Shown here piece by piece: positions 1-8,965 of a stretch of 64,000 bases of DNA (positions within the stretch are counted from its first letter, which is position 1; the number at the start of each line of letters is the position of its first letter). Origin of the DNA: a virus. Its lineage: Duplodnaviria; Heunggongvirae; Uroviricota; Caudoviricetes. The position numbers and the translations under genes were made by a program. The notes beneath the pieces were generated by a model. That model was given only the letters and a program-made list of their open reading frames with translations. It was not told where the DNA came from and did no database searches. The DNA lies in the IMG/VR virus record IMGVR_UViG_3300042691_025398, positions 119,814 through 183,813 of that record. The stretch is one strand, 5' to 3'.

Positions 1-573
1 GGTGCCATGTGAATCATATGGATTCATGTAAGCATGGTTCCATGTTCGTTGATCTGGCAACCCAAAAAAGTGATTGTTGCCATTGAAAAACACATGGCGT
101 ATCTTTTGGTCCATGAGCTCGTTATGAAATTGCCAAATTTCATCATGCCAGTGTGCTCGTTTTGCTGTCCAATCAATTTCAGTAACAAACTGTTTGTATT
201 GAGCCGCATGTGATTCGGGAACAGAATCCGTGCCTGATGCTCCCACTTGATAGTATTCTTGATCTATAAGCCATTCTTCTCGCTCCCATGTGCTCCATTG
301 AACGATCACAAGAGTGTCTTTATCTGGGTTGGTTCTGGCAATGTAATCGCGTGTGGTTCTTAGGATTCTGGCATTGCTGGCGCCTGACTGTGCGTCTAGA
401 TCAAGTATGGCATTCATGCGATTGGCTATCTCGCACCCAAAACTCACACGTTCGTTCTCTGGGTGAGCTCGTTTACCTAAACCATAGTAGAAAGGATCGT
501 CTTCGGCCCAACCATGAGGAACTGCTGCTTCAGCCGCGGCAGCATGGCTATCACCGTTGACGTAGATTACCAT
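1..573 (-). CDS. SGNH/GDSL-like hypothetical protein, 3'-partial (runs off the left edge; absent from the ORF track)
   Basis: Hand translation from ATG at 573: MVIYVNGDSHAAAAEAAVPHGWAEDD...GASNARILRTTRDY...LVIVQWSTWEREEW..., open to position 1. N-terminal GDS motif. Confidence 0.75.
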   Translation of the reverse strand, partial: MVIYVNGDSHAAAAEAAVPHGWAEDDPFYYGLGKRAHPENERVSFGCEIANRMNAILDLDAQSGASNARILRTTRDYIARTNPDKDTLVIVQWSTWEREEWLIDQEYYQVGASGTDSVPESHAAQYKQFVTEIDWTAKRAHWHDEIWQFHNELMDQKIRHVFFNGNNHFFGLPDQRTWNHAYMNPYDSHGT

Positions 574-757
574 ATTTCAATTGAAAAAAGCTAAACTTGG
601 AACTGTGTTCATTCACCCACATTTGAATTCTTTTTGAATTGCCGGCAAAATCCCAGTCTCTACCACGTTCGCCAAGATTGATTCTACACCATCTGATGTG
701 TTTTTCAATGTCAACATCATTGTTGGTAAATGTAAATTGTGGTGAGAATCTGGTCAT
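551..757 (-). CDS. hypothetical protein
   Basis: 68-aa ORF, ATGA-coupled to the upstream gene, same strand as neighbours. Confidence 0.6.
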   Translation of the reverse strand: MTRFSPQFTFTNNDVDIEKHIRWCRINLGERGRDWDFAGNSKRIQMWVNEHSSKFSFFQLKYGNLRQR

Positions 758-1227
758 TGTGATATGAGTCTTTCGGTTTCGGCGTGTATCACTCGTTTTC
801 GTAAACTGCTAGAACTAAAACTATGATCACGTGCATTATACACAATTTCAATTGAACGTGTAGCACATTCATGATCCCCGGTGAATGATTGAGTTGCATA
901 TTCAACGCCCAGTATCCTAACATCCAACGGAAGTATTAACAATAGATCCACAAGATCTTGCTCGGTTTGATACACAACCACTTCATCAACATATCGACAG
1001 GCTGCAAGTTGTATTTGCCTTTCCACAATGCTTTGTACTGGTCGGTTCTTGGTGTCAGGACGATCAATTGTGGGGTCTGTTTGCAGTCCGGCTATGAGAT
1101 AGTCGCAGTGATTTTTAGCTTCGGCCAGCATGGCCACATGACCAGCATGCAAGAGATCAAATGTGCTAAACGTGATGCCTATGCGTTTGCCTTGCTCTTT
1201 AAGCGTTTTAATATGATTGAAAATCAA
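754..1227 (-). CDS. cytidylyltransferase (HxGH nucleotidyltransferase, TagD/RfaE-like)
   Basis: FSTFDLLHAGH motif and C-terminal HSFSSSSLR. Start reassigned to TTG at 1227, with a GGAGGAG SD upstream and overlap with the upstream TGA. Confidence 0.85.
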   Translation of the reverse strand: MIFNHIKTLKEQGKRIGITFSTFDLLHAGHVAMLAEAKNHCDYLIAGLQTDPTIDRPDTKNRPVQSIVERQIQLAACRYVDEVVVYQTEQDLVDLLLILPLDVRILGVEYATQSFTGDHECATRSIEIVYNARDHSFSSSSLRKRVIHAETERLISQ

Positions 1228-1415
1228 TAGTAGTCTCCTCCGGGGTTGGTAGCACGTAGCACATAGTCTATGACCGACTGTGGATCTTGTGTCCAAACAT
1301 GATCCGGTTTATTGTGATTGAATGCTGCATTTGGACTGTGCCACCATTGGTCAACTAATTCTTTATTGCCAAAAGAGGCAAGCAATAGCCAGTTGCATCT
1401 TTCTCTAGAGATCAT
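1224..1415 (-). CDS. hypothetical protein (weak resemblance to DUF2384/MbcA C-terminal domain)
   Basis: 63-aa coupled ORF. WWHSPNAAFNHNKP loosely resembles the W-L-x-x-P-N-x-A-L pattern. Confidence 0.55.
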   Translation of the reverse strand: MISRERCNWLLLASFGNKELVDQWWHSPNAAFNHNKPDHVWTQDPQSVIDYVLRATNPGGDYY

Positions 1416-1810
1416 GAAACCTCTCTACGTCCATTGCCTAGGTTACGACTTTCTACATAACGACTGGGATTCATGGCCTGTTCTTGTTCATAGGTTTCCA
1501 TGACCACGTTCCTACAAATGTTTTGAAACCAACGATCCACAATCACATCTTCTGGTTCGTTTGGTTTCATTTGATATCCGGCTCGAACCAAATTGGCGAT
1601 AAATTTATCATTCCAGTCAAGTTCAAAACTGCCTGCATTGATGTCTTCTGGATGAATATCAAAACTCAAAATACCAATGTAAGGCTCGCCCCGTTCATTT
1701 GCTATATCTTTGGCGGATTTCTTTTTTGATCCTGCTGGTTTGATTTCTTGTGTGCGCGGCACTGTGTTTGCAACAGGCGGCTTTTTAAAAAAACGATCAA
1801 GTATCCCCAT
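1412..1810 (-). CDS. hypothetical protein
   Basis: 132-aa ORF in operon, overlapping both neighbours. Confidence 0.75.
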   Translation of the reverse strand: MGILDRFFKKPPVANTVPRTQEIKPAGSKKKSAKDIANERGEPYIGILSFDIHPEDINAGSFELDWNDKFIANLVRAGYQMKPNEPEDVIVDRWFQNICRNVVMETYEQEQAMNPSRYVESRNLGNGRREVS

Positions 1811-2015
1811 CTACTCTACCCCATTTTATTTTTAACCAGATGCGTTCGTGAATGTAATAATCAATACTGAGCAGGATGTGCAAGGCTGTGGCAAAGGTAG
1901 TAGCGGATGCCACGTCATCAGTAAACAGCCACGTCCAAAATATTGTGAATAACCATGCTGTGATTCTATAGGTTATCATACGTGCTACAGTTCTTTTTCT
2001 TGTTTCTAATACCAT
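1797..2015 (-). CDS. DUF2061-like small membrane protein
   Basis: ETRKRTVARMITYRI, two hydrophobic helices and YYIHERIW..I.WG match the family pattern. Confidence 0.75.
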   Translation of the reverse strand: MVLETRKRTVARMITYRITAWLFTIFWTWLFTDDVASATTFATALHILLSIDYYIHERIWLKIKWGRVDGDT

Positions 2016-2016
2016 G

Positions 2017-2904
2017 TTAGGTTCCCCATGCGTTGCGCCAAATGTCCACTTGTAATCTTGGACTATATCTCCAGCCTCGCTCCATGGCCATTGTGGCCAC
2101 TTGCTGTGTGTTTAGATTGTACACTTGTGGAACTCCGCCCACGGGCATGAGATACACTGGTCCACCAAACCCAGCCATGCGATACTCAAAAACTGCACGT
2201 TCTGCATCTTCCACGTCTTCTTGAGTGGCTACCACAAACTTCAAATAGGCATAGCCAATCATTTCATAGCTTTTCACAATCTCAGGACGAATAGCTGATT
2301 CCCATGCTTCACCTGAGCAGGGCAGCTTGGGACTCACACTAAATGTCAGTCGATCATAATCTCTACCATGTCTAGTGAACTCTTCAAAAAGATAATCTTG
2401 TACTTCAGGATAAAGTTCCTGACTGCCATTGGTTTCAAATGTGACATTCTGTAAACCACGTTTGCGGCAGGATTCAATCATTTCTGGATACAAACGCTGA
2501 TAGCCTAACAGCGGCTCGCCGCCTGTGATCACTAGATGCACATCATCGCTGGGACGAGTGCCCGTGGCCCAACTGCGATTTGGAATTAACTCGTGCATCT
2601 TGTGCACAATGGTTTCCACATCATCCTGTTCGTTGAATTTTTTAAATTCAGGGTAGATACTGGCATAGGTATCACAACCTGAAGTCACCAAAGGCAAGTC
2701 TTCAAACTTTTGATATTGATCAATGTTGCGAATGATTTCCACCACTTCGGGGTTGTGGCCATCAATCACTTCATCTCTAGGTCTTCCAAACTTTCTGCAA
2801 CGGAAGTTACATCCATAGGTGCGAAAGAAAACGCTGGGTACACCTGCCCAGCGACCTTCACCTTGTAAACTGTAGAATATTTCTGTGTAGGTTATTTTTT
2901 CCAT
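2017..2904 (-). CDS. queE: 7-carboxy-7-deazaguanine synthase (radical SAM)
   Basis: EIFYSLQGEG, VFFRTYGCNFRC...GCD, VITGGEPLL, FETNGS, SVSPKL, YLMPVGG and RYSPRLQV are all QueE motifs. Confidence 0.9.
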   Translation of the reverse strand: MEKITYTEIFYSLQGEGRWAGVPSVFFRTYGCNFRCRKFGRPRDEVIDGHNPEVVEIIRNIDQYQKFEDLPLVTSGCDTYASIYPEFKKFNEQDDVETIVHKMHELIPNRSWATGTRPSDDVHLVITGGEPLLGYQRLYPEMIESCRKRGLQNVTFETNGSQELYPEVQDYLFEEFTRHGRDYDRLTFSVSPKLPCSGEAWESAIRPEIVKSYEMIGYAYLKFVVATQEDVEDAERAVFEYRMAGFGGPVYLMPVGGVPQVYNLNTQQVATMAMERGWRYSPRLQVDIWRNAWGT

Positions 2905-2910
2905 AACATG

Positions 2911-2939
2911 ATTTTATGTGAATCTTGCCTGTTTGTCAA
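2911..2939 (-). promoter_or_regulatory. sigma70-type promoter for queE (probably leaderless)
   Basis: Minus strand TTGACA-N17-TAAAAT; the -10 box ends 6 nt before the ATG at 2904. Confidence 0.7.
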
Positions 2940-2944
2940 ATTTA

Positions 2945-3499
2945 TTATGCCCGCCACCACTGTTCCCAAGGGAATACCATCCAGGTGTCCTGCTCTGCTT
3001 TGTTTATGTCCATGGCTGAATAATCCATGGTCATTTGTGCTTCACTGCTGCTGTTGTCAACTAGCACAGCAAATCTTACATTGTTGTTCCAGACCTTGTC
3101 CCAAACATAGGTTTCATTAGGCAAACAACTGCTCTGCCAATCTGTTTGTAGCCAATTCATTGTGGCACCGGTGTCATTGATGTCATCTACTATCAATATG
3201 TTCTTTTTGAATGCAGGATCCCAACGACTGTTTATGGTCTCTTGTTGTTCTTGAGGAACATATCCAAATGCATCTTCTGCCATCCATAGATTGCTTTCGC
3301 TTTCGTTGCCATCTCTTAGACTGATATGCAGAGCGTTCATGGGTATATTTAGATACTGACTCAACATGTTTGCAGGAACTAGCCCACCTCGGACCAGTCC
3401 CACGATGTAGTCAGGTCGCCAGTTGTCATGATGTAACTGTCTAGCAATGTCTAACACCATGCCCTTTAGCTGCTGATCATCTATATAGATCTTTTTCAT
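2945..3499 (-). CDS. type I purine phosphoribosyltransferase (Gpt/Hpt-like)
   Basis: IVGLVRGGLVPA, PRPP loop ILIVDDINDTGAT and C-terminal W.VFPWE. Start moved to MKKIYID at 3499 (ATGA overlap). Confidence 0.85.
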   Translation of the reverse strand: MKKIYIDDQQLKGMVLDIARQLHHDNWRPDYIVGLVRGGLVPANMLSQYLNIPMNALHISLRDGNESESNLWMAEDAFGYVPQEQQETINSRWDPAFKKNILIVDDINDTGATMNWLQTDWQSSCLPNETYVWDKVWNNNVRFAVLVDNSSSEAQMTMDYSAMDINKAEQDTWMVFPWEQWWRA

Positions 3500-4281
3500 T
3501 TTAGTGTGGCCTTTACCAGTAGATGCCAACCAAGATACTCACGCACTGCTTCACGCATGGTATCACTCATGGCTGCAAACCAAGGTTCTAATTCAAATAC
3601 ACCTTGTTTGTATGCAGGTACATTATACATGAAACAATGATCTTGTCTAATACGTTCGATCACAAAGTTGTCTTTTAATAACAGCTCCACTTCTTCACGA
3701 GTGAACGCATCTGCATATGGACAGCCTGCTTGAGCTTCAAACTGGTCAAGACCTTTTTGAATCATGGCATACTTCCAAGAGTTTTTGGCATAAACCATGA
3801 ACCTCAATTCGCCATCTGGATTTAACAAGTTGCTGATTTCTTTCACATGATGTGCAATGTTTGGACTATGATGCAACACACCATAGCTGTAAACAAGATC
3901 AAACTTGCCTAGCGCGGAATAATCATCTGTTAGTAGGTTAATTTTGTAGAATTTACCTGCTAGATCAAAAGTTTTAAATCTCTGCATGCAGATGCCAAGA
4001 CTGTCACTGCTGATGTCAATGCCCACATATTCGGCGCCATGTCTAGCAAATTGTTCTGCGTCTGTGCCAATACCACAACCAATTTCCAAAACACGTTTGC
4101 CACGCCAGAGATGAAATCCAGCAAAGTCTAGTATGTGCGGTTCAGCGCGATAACGTTTGGCTGATACTTCTTCAAAATACCGTTCAGTACCCACAGGTTC
4201 TTTGCTGTGCAACACATTACAGGGTTGATTGTTCCAGTACTGTTGGATTTTTTCTAGTATCGGGTCATTTTGATTTGTCAT
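3496..4281 (-). CDS. class I SAM-dependent methyltransferase
   Basis: VLEIGCGIG, GIDIS, FDLVYSYGVLHH and LLNPDG motifs. Confidence 0.85.
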   Translation of the reverse strand: MTNQNDPILEKIQQYWNNQPCNVLHSKEPVGTERYFEEVSAKRYRAEPHILDFAGFHLWRGKRVLEIGCGIGTDAEQFARHGAEYVGIDISSDSLGICMQRFKTFDLAGKFYKINLLTDDYSALGKFDLVYSYGVLHHSPNIAHHVKEISNLLNPDGELRFMVYAKNSWKYAMIQKGLDQFEAQAGCPYADAFTREEVELLLKDNFVIERIRQDHCFMYNVPAYKQGVFELEPWFAAMSDTMREAVREYLGWHLLVKATLK

Positions 4282-5107
4282 AAATTTTCGCAGTTTGAGT
4301 CATTTGTTTGTTGATATCGTTTGCTGACAGCTTCACCCAGGGATCCTGTTCCCCTGATTTACAGCGTGTCCACCAAGTTTGGTCAATGCCGCGCGATTCC
4401 AGCAGTTTGGATAGTCTTTCTGCATCATTCACTCGACGAGCATGCCATTTTTCACTGTGAAAATCGTCTGGATTGTTTGGTTGATTTTCCAGCTGTGGCC
4501 TGTTGTTATAGGTAGCATCATTGTTGTTACCGGTTAAATCATATCTGTCGTGTGTGACCCAAACAGGTATGCGTTCAAAAATGTCCAACATGTAAGCCAC
4601 CTGACTGATCCATGCATCGCTCAATTGGTGAGGACTCATGTAGCCAAAGAGGTCAATCCAATCATGTGGCACGATTGGGAAGATACTGTAGGGATGCTCA
4701 CGATGTGTATGCACTGCCAAGATTTTAAACTGTCCTTCATACTTCATGATTTCTTCGTCCCAGTTTTGGCTTTCCATAATAGCATCGTCATTCCAAAACA
4801 TGATCCATCTACTGTTGCTGTGTTTGGCCATCTCTGTTACATATTCATTTAGGCGAATATAACCCAAAGGCTCAAAAAGCATGGCAGTGAAGTTGGCATT
4901 GCGTTTAACCAAAAGAGGTTCTACTTCTTTTTGCCAATAGTCTATGCCAACAGGATCATCTTCATCTAGACCAATGAAAAATTGAATTCGATCTAGATTA
5001 CGAGTTCTAGTGACTAGACTCATGATACTGCGCAACAGAGCAGTGGTACGACCTCTAGTGGGTAAAATCACTGCAATGTCAAACTTTTTATCTTGTGCAT
5101 TATCCAT
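4265..5107 (-). CDS. GT-A fold glycosyltransferase (GT2-like)
   Basis: IAVILPTRGR, GLDEDD and FWNDD motifs. Start moved to MDNAQ at 5107 (AAGGA SD). Confidence 0.7.
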   Translation of the reverse strand: MDNAQDKKFDIAVILPTRGRTTALLRSIMSLVTRTRNLDRIQFFIGLDEDDPVGIDYWQKEVEPLLVKRNANFTAMLFEPLGYIRLNEYVTEMAKHSNSRWIMFWNDDAIMESQNWDEEIMKYEGQFKILAVHTHREHPYSIFPIVPHDWIDLFGYMSPHQLSDAWISQVAYMLDIFERIPVWVTHDRYDLTGNNNDATYNNRPQLENQPNNPDDFHSEKWHARRVNDAERLSKLLESRGIDQTWWTRCKSGEQDPWVKLSANDINKQMTQTAKIYDKSK

Positions 5108-5120
5108 TCTATTTCCTTGA

Positions 5121-5405
5121 TTAAACATAACGATCAATAAAAACACCTCTTACTGTGTGTCTTGACAGCAAGCGTTGTTCTTTTATTGATTCGTAAAATT
5201 CATAGTTTCTTATCCATTCGGTATCTTTTTGATAGTTGTAATTGCGCATGAGCCTGTGTGCTTCTTGCAAAGCATGCAAGCGTTCTTGTTCTTGATAGTT
5301 AGTGTTTCTATTGTGATCCGCAATAGATTTATTCACTGCCTGTTCACGTAGACTCCACTGGCCTACTTCTTGTAACAGAGTATTTGTTATTCTGGCTATG
5401 GGCAT
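5121..5405 (-). CDS. hypothetical protein
   Basis: ORF from MPIARIT (5405) fills the gap between neighbours. Confidence 0.55.
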   Translation of the reverse strand: MPIARITNTLLQEVGQWSLREQAVNKSIADHNRNTNYQEQERLHALQEAHRLMRNYNYQKDTEWIRNYEFYESIKEQRLLSRHTVRGVFIDRYV

Positions 5406-5412
5406 AATTGCA

Positions 5413-6528
5413 TCAATCCAAGGTTCCACCTTCGCTGCCCGGATCTTCGATGCGGGTCGACGGTTTTGGTCTATATTGGTCTGTAAAAATCCAGCGGTCG
5501 TAATAATCATGAAAATGTTTTAGCCCTATCTCCATGGGATTCTGTATGGGCCCTGAATCAATGTATCCACGATTGTATAGATGTTTTCTACCACGATCCA
5601 TGTGTTCGGCAATTTCATCATCTTCATAACAGGTTTCCATGTAGGCAGCTTGATGTGCTTGAACAAACTCTGCTTCAAAATGGCAGATTTCTTCGGGGTA
5701 GTAAAAATCCACTATGTTCATGGTCTTCTGTGGTGATTCTGGCCACACTGTGCTGATCACCAACACTTCAGGATACCACTCTACCATGATATTTGGATAG
5801 ATCAACAACCAAATAGCGCCATAGTCCGGCAAACTATTATGATGTCTATCTAGCACTGCTTTGTGCCAGTTTTTGTAAACTGGTGTGCCAGGCAGTTGAA
5901 GTCGTTGTTTGATACCCACGCTCTGTACACTGAAAAGATCGTCAAACTGCCAGTTTAATTTTTTACAGTCCACAAAGTTGCCTAGGCCTTGATGGAATGG
6001 ATCCACGTGATAATCTTCTAGATAGACCTCAACAAAGGTTTTCCAGTTGTAGTTACATTCATGAATTTGTCTTGAGTGAAAAGCATAATTGTTGAATGAG
6101 AAATATTTAGACAGTGGCATTTGATCTAAAGCCATGCAAACTTCTGCATGTGACTTTTCAAATATCATGCCTTGCCAGGAGTGTGTGGAAAAAGTCTGTA
6201 GATGTCTTTCTGGACAAGGATCAAAATGTGGAGCACCAATTAATTGTCCATGATTATCGTAGCTCCATCCGTGTAATGGACACACAATCTGGGCATGATG
6301 CCCAGATCCTGACAGTATGGTAGCTTGTCTATGCCTACACACATTGCTCATGAGTTGCACACCCATGGAATTATGGATCAACATACGACCATGATCGTCT
6401 TGTGGAATCACCGAATAATTTCCTGGATTGGGAACCAGGAGTTCATGTCCCACATATCTAGCCTGCTGAAACAGCAGTTGTTCTTTGGCTAGAATGTTTG
6501 CGTCAAAATAAAAATGGCTAGGTTTCAT
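5413..6528 (-). CDS. Rieske non-heme iron oxygenase alpha subunit
   Basis: Rieske ligands NVCRHR and CPLHGWSY; mononuclear Fe motif EDYHVDPFH and distal ED. Start taken at MKPSHF (6528). Confidence 0.9.
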   Translation of the reverse strand: MKPSHFYFDANILAKEQLLFQQARYVGHELLVPNPGNYSVIPQDDHGRMLIHNSMGVQLMSNVCRHRQATILSGSGHHAQIVCPLHGWSYDNHGQLIGAPHFDPCPERHLQTFSTHSWQGMIFEKSHAEVCMALDQMPLSKYFSFNNYAFHSRQIHECNYNWKTFVEVYLEDYHVDPFHQGLGNFVDCKKLNWQFDDLFSVQSVGIKQRLQLPGTPVYKNWHKAVLDRHHNSLPDYGAIWLLIYPNIMVEWYPEVLVISTVWPESPQKTMNIVDFYYPEEICHFEAEFVQAHQAAYMETCYEDDEIAEHMDRGRKHLYNRGYIDSGPIQNPMEIGLKHFHDYYDRWIFTDQYRPKPSTRIEDPGSEGGTLD

Positions 6529-6841
6529 CTGGTATGTTATAGCTCCTGCGATATTGCGATTCAATACTGCCGCTGGGATCTTCGGCTGGATATTTAACAT
6601 TGCTTTCTACTGACAGTCCAAAACGCTTCCGTATGTTTTTCTTGTCCGCTTGTGATCCACAACAGGCCGCACATTCTTCAACAATGTACTCGGCGAATCT
6701 ACGAGCAGTACCTCGCCAGATGTCTGAGTGATAGATGTTAAAGTTTGCCTGTGCAGCAAAATGTTCAAAAAGATCAGTAGGGTCTTTTACCAATATAGAC
6801 TTATAGCTTTTATCAAACTCAGGAAAGTCAGATTTTGTCAT
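6518..6841 (-). CDS. hypothetical protein
   Basis: 107-aa ORF in operon. Confidence 0.6.
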   Translation of the reverse strand: MTKSDFPEFDKSYKSILVKDPTDLFEHFAAQANFNIYHSDIWRGTARRFAEYIVEECAACCGSQADKKNIRKRFGLSVESNVKYPAEDPSGSIESQYRRSYNIPDET

Positions 6842-6850
6842 GGTATCTTT

Positions 6851-7084
6851 CTATTTAGAGTAACGTAATAGGAACATGGTGCGAGCTGATTCTGAATAGA
6901 AGTCTAAGTGTATCATGTCGTGATAACGTTGCTTTTCAACATCGTAATGATGATATTCTCGCACGGTAAAACCAAGCACTTCACGACACCTAGATCTGAT
7001 CAAGTACACACTGGGCGGATTGGCCTGTTTGATCTTTTGCCAAATTGGGTACCAGTCGTGTTTGGTGTACACCAGGGGTTTCAT
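6851..7084 (-). CDS. hypothetical protein
   Basis: 77-aa coupled ORF. Confidence 0.6.
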   Translation of the reverse strand: MKPLVYTKHDWYPIWQKIKQANPPSVYLIRSRCREVLGFTVREYHHYDVEKQRYHDMIHLDFYSESARTMFLLRYSK

Positions 7085-7374
7085 GGATCATTTCCAAAGT
7101 AGGTTGACCTCTGTCTAAGTGTAGAGTCTATAGATTCCACTCCAAAATGTTCAAGTATGGCTATTGCATACTGCGTAGGAGTTTTTTCAATGTCAGGTGG
7201 TACTTTTCTTTCAATGGCGTTGTCATACATCACACTAACGCACTCGTGCACTATTAATTTTGCAAACTCTTGATTATAACACTCAATCCAGCGCTCAACC
7301 AATAACCCCGGGGGAACTTTGGTTTTGGCTATCTTAGCTAGAGCTTGTATACGTTCATTCATCCTTGACCTCAA
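7081..7374 (-). CDS. hypothetical protein
   Basis: 97-aa coupled ORF. Confidence 0.6.
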   Translation of the reverse strand: MRSRMNERIQALAKIAKTKVPPGLLVERWIECYNQEFAKLIVHECVSVMYDNAIERKVPPDIEKTPTQYAIAILEHFGVESIDSTLRQRSTYFGNDP

Positions 7375-7636
7375 TACTGGACCATATCTTGAGTTTTTGT
7401 CTTTTGGCTTTTACGTAGTGTTGGAGGCGCAGTGGTTTGATTATGCCTTGCTCTATGCATAGATCAATCATGCACTGGAGGTCGCCTAGTTCTTTATGGA
7501 GTGTTTCAAGGCTTGATTCGCCAGTGATTGGGTTGTGATTATCTATTCCAAATCGGTGTATCTTAGAAACAACTTGGCTTACCTCAGCGCATTCTTCTTG
7601 CAAGATTACCAGAGTTTCATTCATGTTAGATGTCAT
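7355..7636 (-). CDS. MazG-like NTP pyrophosphohydrolase
   Basis: LQEECAEV...KELGDL: EExxE / ExxD metal-binding helices. Confidence 0.75.
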   Translation of the reverse strand: MTSNMNETLVILQEECAEVSQVVSKIHRFGIDNHNPITGESSLETLHKELGDLQCMIDLCIEQGIIKPLRLQHYVKAKRQKLKIWSSIEVKDE

Positions 7637-7638
7637 GA

Positions 7639-8034
7639 TTATTTTGTGAGTTGTTTCAGCTGTTTATATCCACGTGATGTAGGATGTACTCGATCTGGAC
7701 CCACTTCTGGAATCAAGATAAAAGTATCATCATGTGCTCGAGCAATTCTTTTTACAATGTCTGCTTTTTCTGGTTTGTTAGCAGGCACGATCCAAATCAC
7801 ATCATATGATTCTACAAAAGATCGTAATGCAACCAACTCCACTTCGGTGTTTAGATTTTTGTAATCATTACTGCCTAAACTGATTATCACAGTGTTAGCA
7901 GGTTTGATATGTTTTGTATAAATGTTGTTGTAGTCACGACTGTTGATACCATTCTGTGCATAAGACACACACTCGGGTCTTATTTGACCAAGACCCTTGG
8001 CAATGCTGTCGCCCAAAATCAAACATTCAATCAT
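7639..8034 (-). CDS. SGNH/GDSL hydrolase
   Basis: Block I ILGDS, block III SLGSND, block V DRVHP. Confidence 0.8.
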   Translation of the reverse strand: MIECLILGDSIAKGLGQIRPECVSYAQNGINSRDYNNIYTKHIKPANTVIISLGSNDYKNLNTEVELVALRSFVESYDVIWIVPANKPEKADIVKRIARAHDDTFILIPEVGPDRVHPTSRGYKQLKQLTK

Positions 8035-8549
8035 GTGAACAGATCCTCATTCCATTCACGATGACCTTCTCTAAAAGCCATGTTTGCTTGTGTTTCACGA
8101 ACTTCTACTCTATAGCACCACAAGCGATCAGCTTCGCCTGGACCCCACATGTCAGGAATATACACGCCATTCACATATTTGTAAAGCATATCGGCCAGTC
8201 CTTCGCAGCCCAGTCTTGGCAATATGGTAAGTTTTGCTAACCGCTTTTCTTGTAACAGTTTGAACGTTTCCAGCTCTGGATCGTCTTGTGCAACTAGTAA
8301 AGTGTGATCAAATTGATCTTCTAGTATCTTCTTTAGTTCTTTTAGACCACCATAGTCAGCTGCCCAGTTACGCACATCTAATTGATCTGTGCCAAAGTAA
8401 AACTTCATACTGAAACTGTAACCATGAATTAGGTTACAATGGCTGTCCGCACGCCATTGTCGATAGGCACAGGGAAAAGCATCGTGATACTCTTTGGTGC
8501 TGGTGTATTTGTAAACTCTTGTTGGGTATGTTTCGTTAAGGTAAAGCAC
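8031..8549 (-). CDS. queD: 6-carboxy-tetrahydropterin synthase (QueD/PTPS family)
   Basis: SHCNLIHGYS (C-x3-H-G), DYGGLKELK, FDHTLL and VEVRET. GTG start 6 nt after AGGAG. Confidence 0.85.
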   Translation of the reverse strand: MLYLNETYPTRVYKYTSTKEYHDAFPCAYRQWRADSHCNLIHGYSFSMKFYFGTDQLDVRNWAADYGGLKELKKILEDQFDHTLLVAQDDPELETFKLLQEKRLAKLTILPRLGCEGLADMLYKYVNGVYIPDMWGPGEADRLWCYRVEVRETQANMAFREGHREWNEDLFT

Positions 8550-8630
8550 AGTTATCTCCTATATCTAAAGTGCAATATAGGCTTGCAGAATTTGTATAGC
8601 GGGATGAAAGACCCAAAGGCCGCTGTCTAG
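8550..8630 (-). promoter_or_regulatory. structured 5' leader of queD with SD-sequestering stem (riboswitch-like candidate)
   Basis: Stem AGCGG/CCGCT (8620-8624 with 8598-8602), an A-rich tail, then a 7-bp stem CCTATAT/ATATAGG (8575-8581 with 8558-8564) that covers AGG of the AGGAG SD. A TAAATA promoter lies at 8636-8641. Confidence 0.45.
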
Positions 8631-8641
8631 AGTGATATTTA

Positions 8642-8965
8642 TTAGCCGTGTGTTTCGCCGCCAAACTCACTGTTGAACTCTTCTTGACCATAGTAGGTTG
8701 CAAACTGTTCACGAAAATCTTTGTCGTTGTCCAACCAATGTTTTACCAAGGTTTGCTTGTCTTCGGGCAGATAATCCCAAGCGTCACGGAAGTATTCTGC
8801 CTGTTCAAGACTGGCCTGTTCACGTGTGTCTTCGGCACGTTCCCAGTTCTCTTCATCGTCAGAATCGGCTAACTCGTCAGCCAAAGTCCATGTGTCCCAT
8901 GCTTGATCGTGAGCATCACCATTAAGTGCTTCAATAATTTCCCATGCTTCTTCTAGAGTTTTCAT
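8642..8965 (-). CDS. acidic hypothetical protein
   Basis: 107-aa ORF, coupled to the upstream gene. Confidence 0.7.
   Translation of the reverse strand: MKTLEEAWEIIEALNGDAHDQAWDTWTLADELADSDDEENWERAEDTREQASLEQAEYFRDAWDYLPEDKQTLVKHWLDNDKDFREQFATYYGQEEFNSEFGGETHG

Noticed and set aside
24-209. 61-aa ORF from the track
   Set aside because: It is an out-of-frame fragment inside the longer 1-573 reading frame.
8590-8630. Canonical preQ1-I riboswitch
   Set aside because: The topology is similar but the loop and tail nucleotides do not match the class I consensus; kept only as an unassigned candidate.
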